Below, one piece after another: positions 53,449 through 64,000 of a DNA stretch of 64,000 nucleotides. The notes beneath the pieces were generated by a model. That model searched no databases. It saw only the letters and a list, made by a program, of their open reading frames with translations, and was not told where the DNA came from. Each line of letters opens with the position of its first letter. Position 1 is the stretch's first letter. The DNA comes from Octopus bimaculoides (taxonomy: Eukaryota). The stretch covers positions 53,977,723-54,041,722 of the forward strand of contig NC_068992.1 in assembly GCF_001194135.2 (NCBI RefSeq), written 5' to 3'. The position numbers and the translations under genes were made by a program.

Positions 53449-54199
53449 GTGAGTACTCATATTCTTTCAATGCACATCTTTCTAATCACAGACAATCATC
53501 TTCTAAATGATAAAAAATAAATTTTACTCGTATACACGCACGCATACACACTTGCAAGCCCGCACTTACACACACACACGTACGCACAAACATATACACC
53601 TAGACACATAAACATACAGATAATAATTAGTTCCAGTGAAGAAATTGCTCCATATTAGAAACTATCAAAACATACAAATCATAATTGTCTACAAAATCTT
53701 TGTTATCTTCCCTTTATTTTATTTTCCTTTATATTTTGTGTTCTAAATCTACCATAAGCTTTTAAATTGCTTCAGATATCTTCATATTTTTCGTCCTTTG
53801 TGATCGACCCTTGACAGTGATTCCGTAAATAAATTAAGCCAATCGAATAAAGAATTTTGTGAAAGACTATGTAAATGCTAGTGAAAGAAAATGGAAAAAC
53901 AATTTCGAACGAAACTACATAGATTGGAGTGAATTCATACTAAAATACCTTATTGATTCATTTTTTCCTATTTACATTATTCATTCACAGACAAAAAATA
54001 AATAATAGATAAAGAAAAGAAAATGTTAACCACTTAATGGTTTTGCATCTGTCTCCGTGACGGATAATGTATCTTCCATCGTAAACAGCAGTAATAAATA
54101 TTATTTAGTAATATCTTCTTTGTAAAAATAAATCTAGTCTCTTGCTAGTTACTCTCTATCTACGCATCTGCCTATCTGTTTATTAATATATAGTTACGC

Positions 54200-54647
54200 A
54201 AGGGCGACGAGCCAGCAGAATCGTTACTGCGCTGGGCAAAATATTTAGCAGAATTTCGTCTGTCTTTACGTTCTGAGTTCAAATTCCACCGAAGTCGACT
54301 TTGCCTTTCATCCTTTCGAGGTCGATAAATTAAGCACCAGTTGCGCACTGAGGTTGATTTAATCGACATGCCCCCACCCTCCGAAATTACTGGCTTTGTG
54401 CCAAAGTTTGAAATCAATGTATAGCTACACAAAGGCGGCGAGCTGGCAGGATCTTTACATCGCCAAGTAAATGCTTAGTAGCATTTTGTCTCTCGTTACG
54501 TTCTGAGTTCAAATTCCGCCGAGGTTAGCTTTGCTTTTCAACATTCCGGGCGACGATAAAATAAGTACCGGTCGAGAATTGAGGACGATATAATCGACTT
54601 AGCCCATTACCTAGATTACTAGCTTTGTACGAAAATTTGAAGCCAAT
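54200..54647 (+). mobile_element. Two tandem family-B SINEs separated and flanked by the same 18-bp motif
   Basis: Copies at about 54200-54418 and 54433-54647; motif AAT(A/G)TATAG(T/C)TAC(G/A)CAA at 54185, 54416 and 54645. Confidence 0.9.
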
Positions 54648-54671
54648 ATATAGCTACACAAGCGTTTTATG

Positions 54672-54717
<46 letters not shown>

Positions 54718-55642
54718 AAGCGAATGGTCTTTTATCTATCCCCCTCTATACGGAGACGGATAATGCCTGGAACATTATAAACATTAACAATCTCTCTTCC
54801 CTCTGCATCCAAGGAAATAACAGTACTTGTAAACTTAGCCTGTCATTTTATTTTTGTGTTTTATTTTCTTTTGTGTTTTCCCTTTACCATGTAAACTCAT
54901 ACATTTATATATATATGTATGTAGGTATATATACATACACTCACAAACACATACACGCATATATGCGTATAACGTTGATGTTATAAAAATGTAGAAACGT
55001 CGAGAACGTGAAATAATTCTTTCCATGAAGGAGGATTCTCGAAGCAGATAAAACTATACATAATAGCATGTAAATACTGGATTAAAAGCTTTTTTTGGAT
55101 AGAAATTTTTGAAGGCTGCCTGTGGAAGACGAACCCACATCCTTCAGTAAACATGGGCCCTATCATATATGGGTGCGTGTATATGTGTATGGCGACAACA
55201 GGAACAATTTCTATATCAAAACATAATCTATATAAAGCTTTCGTAATAAGAACCAATCTTTTTAAGACAAAGGCAGAATCTCAATTATTTATCGAGCCCC
55301 TATATTGCTATGATATTAGAGAGATTGATACGCTAAAATTATTTCTATATTTTGATCCTTTGACGTTAGATTTTGAGCACAAATCCAGTAAATTTTTAAG
55401 TATTAAAATTTTTAATCAATGTGATTGATTTTCGGATTCGTAATAGCATTGCCCAAAAAAGCATTACGACAGTTAGTTTTGTAGTTTTACGTTCTACGTT
55501 CAAATCTCGCCAAGAACTTCTTTAAATTTTGTATTTCCAGTCCCGATAAAATAAAGTACCAGGCAAGTGATTTAAATTACTTATTCTTGCCTCCTTAGTT
55601 TCTTCAAGCAATAAGACTAATGGCTGAGAATCCCGAAGCTGT

Positions 55643-56043
55643 CCTAAGTGCGCATGGGAAAATAACCTCACTTTATTAAGAGCGTATGAAAATGTAAAAC
55701 ATCTTGTATTTCAAGGACGCATAGAAATGTAAAAACGTATATTAAGGGCACATGGGAATGTAAAAGCCTGCATGTTTTATCGGGGTACAGGAATTTAAAT
55801 CCCATTGTGTTTTAAAGACGCACTGCAATGAAAAATCCCTCGTTTTAGAAGGCACAAGTGACAGTAAAATCCTTTGTTTTAAGGGCGTATGAGAGTTTAA
55901 TACATCTCATGCTTCAAGGGTGTTGAGGAATGTAAAATCACACGATTTTTAAGGGCGTGAACAAATGTGGCAACGCTCGGGCTTTAAGGGTACGTGGACA
56001 TGTAGAACACCTATATTTTAAGAGCGCATTAGAATGTCCAATC
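55643..56043. repeat. Degenerate minisatellite, about 12 units of about 34-35 bp
   Basis: Units share TT(T/A)AAGGGCG(C/T)AT...AATGTAAAA, recurring with about 35-bp period. Confidence 0.8.
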
Positions 56044-57064
56044 TTACAATGCCTGCGCTACTCTTTTAAGAAAAGATGACCACAGAAAATAAATGTTGAT
56101 TGAATATTGCCAGAAAAATCGTAAAATTAACAGGATATGTGAACCGGAATTTTGCTATATGATTAACAGGAATTATATTCTTTTATCTTCTTTATTGGAC
56201 ATCATCTTGCCTGATTATAGACAATGGAAGGATAAAATTACTATTACACTCGGTTGATGCAATCAACTTCATAACCATCTCTTGAATAATTGGTCTTAGG
56301 AAATCGACGTTTCTGTAAGTGTATTGTTTGATGCATCAAACTTTTAGCAGATTAAACAAAGAAGTTATAAATACATTTTAAAAAGGAATAGCTCAGAATT
56401 CATTTTTAACAATTCTTCATCTCTCATACAATAGCTAATAATTTTTTTTATCATTCTGTTATATACATTGTCTCTTTTATGAAGAAACACCAAAAGCGTT
56501 CATTCCTTTGCGAATCTCTAAGTTTACCGTCGACTTGGACCGTCTGACAACTCGCACATCACATCAATTCCCATCGTTAATACGATAAGTGCAATTCGAG
56601 AGAAATAATGTGAAGCTATAGAAACCTTTAACACTCATTATTTTGCTGGATTTCAAATGTTTGCTGGAAATATAACATCCGAGTGTATTTCGTGATTCTT
56701 TTCAGAGATAGGCGGTGAGGAGAAAGAAAAACAAAGTGGTAAAATAGTTTTAGTTCCTTACGAACTACAAAGCATTCATTGCTGTCCTAATAAATAATTT
56801 ACTCTTCCTGTCATTTTATATCCATTATGCTACATGTCAAATCGAACTTTTTTATTTTTACTAATACAAAGACTGCTTATCTAACAACCCTCGAGATTTT
56901 TCGAACACTGGAGATAAATTCTTGTTCGACTTTTATAGTGTTTAGAAACACTAAGATTCCATGCATCCATTCTAATAAAATACTACATTAATCCCATTTA
57001 AGAGGCATTTTACGTGCTACCATAGCATATTTGGTGCCAAGATTTCTTATAAATACTATTAGTC

Positions 57065-57105
<41 letters not shown>

Positions 57106-58103
57106 GCTATTAGTCATTATATGTATATATACGCTATTAGTCATTATATGTGTGTGTGTGTATATGTATATAGATTAGAAATACACATAATATTGTATGA
57201 GAGCATAAGTTGGAACAATCCGATACAAATTATATAGCTAAACACAGTTGCTTTATCACACGCACGCTTCCAATCACATGCTGTTCATCTTACACAGACA
57301 CACACACTCAGTGCGTAGAAACTCGTACATCTTGTTGCACATGGGCATAGTCACAGATAAAAATCTTCACTAGATTATATATTTTTCATTTGTTTATATA
57401 TACATGCATACGTACGTACTTTTTCTTACTTCAGTATATAAATCTTTGTGTAGTCAGTGAGTCGTTTGACGCTGGCAACGGTGGATAACATTGTGTTAGT
57501 GTTAAATCGATGTAAATAGTCTGTAAGGTGTTCAGAAAGAAATGGACTCTTTCTGCTGCCTCCAGAAATACAATATAAATAAAACATCAATATCATTTTA
57601 CCCTCTTCTTTATTTTTTTATTTTTTGCATTTTTTTTTAAATAATGAAGCCAAACAATAATTGAAAACATGAAAAACTGTTTATGTCGTTCCATTGTATG
57701 GGTTTGTGTGAGAGTAACAGACTAAATTTTAATTCTGCCTATATATGCATATAGATAGACAGATAGAGACCGAGATGTGACTGAATGAATTCTCAACAAA
57801 TATAGAGCACTCTATCTCTATCGTACTGGTAGATAAGGTTTTTTATACAATACATAAAATAATACTGGTTTGTTAATTTTCATGGTAAAGGCGCAGTTTG
57901 AACTTTCGTAAAGTAAAAGTAAATTTAAGCCACCACCTAGTGCGCGCTTTCCATCATTCAGTTGTCAGCAAAAAGTATATCTCCCCACCAGAATGTCGTA
58001 TAATTCTCTTCCCTACGCGGATGATATAGTCTTAGTCGAGCGCGCTAACATTTATATTTCTCCGATTGTTGTCACTGGATGATCTTAATCTTCCTGACAG
58101 GAC

Positions 58104-58153
<50 letters not shown>

Positions 58154-59180
58154 ATCTAACTCGTGTCGAGGTCGCTTCTAAATTATCCAGGTTTGGTATA
58201 ACTGGAGAGAACAACTACATAATACGCCATACGTTTGTTTACTTTAAATTATGATGATGTACTCGTTCGCTTAGACGACCAAGGACTGCCCTGGAATATA
58301 TTATCTGGTATTAAATTTCCTCACTCAGTATCAGCGTGCTTTGATGCACGACTGCCAAGACACTGAAACTAATCTACATTTTTTCCTACCTCTGTCCATG
58401 TACTTGTATAACGGCTGAGTCAGGTTCTTTAAAGCAAAGAGCATGTTGATGCAGACAATTTGTTTTATATCTACTCAGAGTTTGACCTATGTTCTCATTA
58501 GTGCCAGAGAAAAACATTAGAAATTTCTCCACACTTCTTTTTTTTAAGTTGCACTAGCAGTCGCATCTTCTGCTTACTGAAGTTCAGTTACTCGTGTAGT
58601 GGTGATGTTTGTACTGGTAATCTGCCAGAGCTGGGTAGCTTGCCACTTGTGCTATATGAGATTTGAACGCCATGCGAGAATTTGCCCAAGCATACAGACA
58701 CGTATATATGTATATGATTTGTTTTTAACTGTACAATTCGAAGTAAATAACGTTATAAATAATAGCATGTAGATATTGATTTAAAAATAACATTTTATAG
58801 AAAGAGTCGAAATGTATATGTGTGACTGACAGATATATATGCGTGTGCGTGTGTGTTTATGTGTATGTATGTATGTATGTATGTACGTAGTATGTACCAT
58901 AGTACTACTAGAATGATTTATATGCAACTTTGCGAATTAGTCATTAGAGAAACATTATCGTGCAATTTAGAGAATATAGGAACAATATAGCAAAACAAAA
59001 CCAACTGTTTACACTTTTGTCTTATATACAATATGTCGGAATTCAATAAATATCCTTAACAAAAAAAACCTGGAAGAGAAGTTTGTGTGTGTGTGTGTGT
59101 CTGTGTATCCATGAGTGTGTATCTGTGTATCCATGAGTGTGCGTATATATACATGTTTGTGTGCGCATATATAGAGAGAG

Positions 59181-59320
59181 AGGCTGTGTGGTAAGTAGCT
59201 TGCTTACCAACCACATGGTTCCAGGTTCATTCCCACTGCGTGGCACCTTGGACAAGTGTCTTTTACTATATCCTCGGGCCGAACAAAGCCTTGTGACGGA
59301 AACTGAAAGAAGCCGGTCGT
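59181..59320 (+). mobile_element. SINE family A, 5' half running into a (TA)n tract and gap
   Basis: GGCTGTGTGGTAAGTAGCTTGC...GGTTCATTCCCACTGCGTGGCACCTTGGACAAGTG (A box, B box, CORE-like segment). Confidence 0.85.
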
Positions 59321-59871
59321 ATATATATATGTATATATATATATATATATNNNNNNNNNNNNNNNNNNNNNNNNNNNNNNNNNNNNNNNNNNNNNNNNNN
59401 NNNNNNNNNNNNNNNNNNNNNNNNNNNNNNNNNNNNNNNNNNNNNNNNNNNNNNNNNNNNNNNNNNNNNNNNNNNNNNNNNNNNNNNNNNNNNNNNNNNN
59501 NNNNNNNNNNNNNNNNNNNNNNNNNNNNNNNNNNNNNNNNNNNNNNNNNNNNNNNNNNNNNNNNNNNNNNNNNNNNNNNNNNNNNNNNNNNNNNNNNNNN
59601 NNNNNNNNNNNNNNNNNNNNNNNNNNNNNNNNNNNNNNNNNNNNNNNNNNNNNNNNNNNNNNNNNNNNNNNNNNNNNNNNNNNNNNNNNNNNNNNNNNNN
59701 NNNNNNNNNNNNNNNNNNNNNNNNNNNNNNNNNNNNNNNNNNNNNNNNNNNNNNNNNNNNNNNNNNNNNNNNNNNNNNNNNNNNNNNNNNNNNNNNNNNN
59801 NNNNNNNNNNNNNNNNNNNNNNNNNNNNNNNNNNNNNNNNNNNNNNNNNNNNNNNNNNNNNNNNNNNNNNN

Positions 59872-59903
<32 letters not shown>

Positions 59904-61258
59904 GTCTATTATTTTGGCAATGTCACGGACAGTTCTGCTTGAATAAATACCTGATATCTGTACTGGGTGCTTGTGATAAGCTATTTATAAATTATTTTTA
60001 ATAAAGCAGTTCAACCTTGAAAATATACCTAGAATTATATAACCCTATTAATTTCTTGGAGAGAGTCACGCAAAATTCTGCATTTAGCGAAGAACGAAAT
60101 ATAAATTTGGAATGCCAATATTCCAATGAAAAATTATTATTGTATCATAAGTGAAACGGTTACGACGAGGGTTAATTACTGACACGGATGCATTAAGATT
60201 TTACAAATTCTTTTATAACGCTTAACAATAGTTGGTATGCGCCTAGCACACTTTACCCACAAACAATTGATTAAACAAGTCAGCGGTGAAACGAGCCACC
60301 TCGATGCGTTCTCAAATGAGAATCTACAGCCTTAAAATAAAAATGAGGTTTCGTTAGGATAATTTATTAGTAGATATAATATCGCTGGCTAAAAGTAAGT
60401 ATGATTGCTTCAGTGATATATTGGATAGAAAGTTAGTTTAATCAAGAATCACGTGGTTATAAACAACAAGAACTACGAATGCAAGAACTGACTGAATGTA
60501 GAAATAATTTGAATATATATATATATATATATATTTAATAACTGAAGACTAAATAGAAATTCGTGCAAAATGATTCGATATACGAATGGCTGTGAAATAT
60601 GACTCACTGATATAGATTATTTGTGTGACTGGTCATTTTGTTAAGAAACACTTGCTCAATGAGTCCAACGCAATGTCGAAGATTATTGTTCTATTATAAG
60701 AGTAATTTATTCTCCTGAGTTCCCTCTTGAATTGGATAATGAAACTTGGTTTCAGGCTATGGTTATGCTTTGACAACTAATTAGTTTTCTAACATTTAAT
60801 TAACACTCTATTAAATTATTCAAGATATCTAACAAGAAAATAGGATGATTGAAAATGTGGAACACAGAAACACCGTATCAAAGAACGTACTTTTCCTTGA
60901 TGCTAATTCCCTCAGAGTCATAAGGAATTATAAACTGAAATCAATTCCAAAGTTGGGGATAGCACGAAATATTAATAATCCCAATTCATCATAAAACGCC
61001 GTATTTTAAGAAATATGATAATATATACAGTGAAACATGTTGCATTAGTAAAATCAGGAATAACACTGATATGAGATTCTTGAATTTATTAATAACGTAT
61101 TTTCGTATTTCATAAATTACTGATCCCCCAAAAACGTATGAAATTATGTTTATGTAAATGTTACACTGTTGTAAAGTGCACAGCGTTTTTGAAACGGCAG
61201 ATGTTAAAATGTAGATAGCAATACACATATTTTTCTCTCCCTTACTCTAAATCGCTCG

Positions 61259-61325
<67 letters not shown>

Positions 61326-61357
61326 ATATATATATATGTAGGTAGGTAGGTAGAGAC

Positions 61358-61398
<41 letters not shown>

Positions 61399-61753
61399 AG
61401 AAAGTTGGTATGTGAAAGCACGTGGTTGGATGTATAAAAGATAAGAGTGAAAAAACTACAGAAGGCTTGTGTTACATGGTTAAAGTATATATTTAAATTA
61501 TATATATATATATATATAAAAATCCAAGAGAGGGGTTGTGAATCCAACCCACTAAGGTATAATATCTATCCCATATACTGCTGGTAGAATACCCAATTAT
61601 TATTACACTAGTGTTTTTCATTGCATGACAATTACGTTACCAAGTGTAATAAATGCATGAGGGTGAAAAGTTATTTTACCATTAATTTATTGAACAATAA
61701 GAAAATGGAGGGGATTAATAGGTGGTATTCATCAACTTATAGACGTTATTTTA

Positions 61754-62055
61754 TGTCAAATTATTTGTTTATTTACTTACTTAAAGGACAATTTTAACAA
61801 TATACAAACACATATGACATATTATGCTCTACATATATGATATAATAATATATAAAATGCAAAATATAAAATATCAGTAATTAAATATAACATCCCAATT
61901 TTATCACTATATATTATATTTTTATAAATACTGATATTTTATATTTTGCATTTTATATATTATTATATTTTATCTTATATGTAGGGCATACCATGTCATA
62001 TGTGTCTCTATATTGTTATAATTGTCCCTTTAGTAAATAAACAAATAATTTGACA
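61754..62055. repeat. AT-rich foldback (about 137-bp inverted arms, about 23-bp loop); possible MITE
   Basis: TGTCAAATTATTTGTTTATTTAC...GCAAAATATAAAATATCAGTA on the left is mirrored by TACTGATATTTTTATATTTTGC...GTAAATAAACAAATAATTTGACA on the right. Confidence 0.85.
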
Positions 62056-62061
62056 CACATG

Positions 62062-62103
<42 letters not shown>

Positions 62104-62574
62104 CATATATATAAGAAATTAGAATGATAAAGGAGTAAACAATTATGCTATGGACTTCATATATGTCACTAGACGACCGAAGCATACACGTGTACATAAA
62201 TTAACCATTATGGAAGTATGTTTTAGTACAGATTTAATATATTTCAAAAACGGCAATGTACGCCCAATGGATCGGTTGTATGACAGTTTTCAGTATTACT
62301 TTATATTATGAATAAACTTTAGATTATTCTATTAATGGAAATGGGAGTACAAGGCAATGTATTTTATAAATAGAACAAACCATTGTACGGTTGAGCATTA
62401 AAGGCTAACAAGTATGGAAATACAAATCGGACTTTGCTGAATAGTGTCGGCTCTTTCACAAGTAAATATGCATATCACATTGCATATTCTCAACGTCAAT
62501 CAAGTTTGTATGAAATTCTCCTTCCTCACAGCATGTATTTCCTGTGATAATATGCATACATACATACATAACAT

Positions 62575-62706
<132 letters not shown>

Positions 62707-62843
62707 ATATATATTTGTGAATTTTCATTCCTCACAGCAAAATCAACTCACTGAACTCTACGATTCATAACCCATTAATTTTTTCCGACACGCGCCTTTA
62801 CCATTTTCCATTCCTCGAGTTCGGAATTCTGGTTCCTTCCCCT

Positions 62844-62884
<41 letters not shown>

Positions 62885-64000
62885 CCTCCCACTCTCCCTC
62901 TCTGTTTTCTCTCTTCACACATACACACACACACACATCGTTGTAAAAGCGCATTCAGTTTTCATATCAATAATCTAATACTACTAACGTACATAGTTTT
63001 GTTTTTCCTATCGAGAATTTTTTTTGTTCTTTCCTTTATCTAATAATGTAAGCCTTAGAGAGAATTAGAGAGAATTTATGCTGCAAGAAAGTACAACATA
63101 CAAAGAACAATGGTTTAGTATTCTAAATCGAATCTCTATTCTTATTGATTATGAAAATGTTGGTGTTAAAAGCATGGAATTGAGTAATGCTCTGCTAACA
63201 AGAAAATATCCGAGATATAAGGACTCATTAATTCGCTCTTTCATCAAATCGTTATTCAAATAAACATAACAATTTTCACCCTTTTGGATCTCTCGTTAGC
63301 ACAAGCATCTCATTTATTGGTTCTCAGCACGTGTGCGCTTCCATATACAGTTTCGCAACACTGAATCGTTAAATCGCAAGAGCTGGATCATTGGAAGCTT
63401 ATGAATTGATTAATGCCCCCTGATATTTGAAATTGCTGACGCTATTGATTAAGTTCCTATATGGAAGGTCGGAAATATCGTATGTTGATCTTTGATGATT
63501 GAATTAATATTAAATAAAGCATTGCTTTGTAATTTGACTGTTCAATATAGTCATGGTAAACTAGGCAAAATAAAATTCTCGAACGTCTTATATATACATA
63601 TTTCTGTAAAGGGATTTGTCTATATAAGCGGGTGTGTATATGAAGCCTATTCTCACAATGAATGTGCGTGTGGGAGGCTCAAGGTAGTTAATTTTTGCAT
63701 TGGGCAATGTATTCCTACGTACTTCTATAAAACGGCTAATCATGACTGAAACACCTTTAATCATAAGTCTGCTCGATTACAGGTAATATGAAGGTCGCAC
63801 AACAACAACGACAGAGTCCTCCGTATGGTCACTTCACTGGCTAGAAATAACGTATAAATCTCTTGTGAATTATACCAAAGCGTTTTAAACATTTGATAAT
63901 GCCGTTTCTAATATACAGTAAGACGGTATATTTACAGTTTGAATGCATTTGATCAAAAGTCATTTATCGCAGGACTTACTCGGGGTTGATAATAAGAACA

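Noticed and set aside
55643-56043. CRISPR-like array
   Set aside because: Eukaryotic context, no identical repeats or unique spacers, and no cas genes; the units are homologous along their whole length.
63781-63800. AG|GTA ATA as the next (V-x-W) Ig exon
   Set aside because: The third codon is TGA, there is no pyrimidine tract, and the sequence belongs to the family-D repeat.

Overview
AT-rich, microsatellite-dense eukaryotic DNA with nine N-gaps, most flanked by simple repeats. The SINE repertoire and simple-repeat load look like an Octopus (coleoid cephalopod) draft assembly; this is inferred from pattern recognition, not a search. Almost every ORF in the supplied track is a microsatellite or gap artefact. 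The one well-supported host coding feature is a 134-nt + strand internal exon (53315-53448) encoding the start of an Ig domain of the Dpr/zig-8/lachesin-like neuronal adhesion type. A plausible signal-peptide exon lies about 11 kb upstream (42236-42266), so much of the window is probably intron or flank of this gene. The rest is a retroelement graveyard: more than 25 tRNA-derived SINE copies of several families, two Penelope-like (GIY-YIG) relics, a LINE endonuclease relic, a zinc-knuckle ORF1/gag relic, a Tigger-like MITE, a 300-bp foldback and a decayed 35-bp minisatellite. The most unusual object is a 391-bp element at 48789-49179. It has a 12-bp target-site duplication, 54-bp inverted repeats, a Pol III tRNA-like head and a near-canonical minimal hammerhead ribozyme, i.e. 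a candidate Penelope-partnered, ribozyme-bearing SINE. Several decayed hammerhead-like motifs occur elsewhere in the window.
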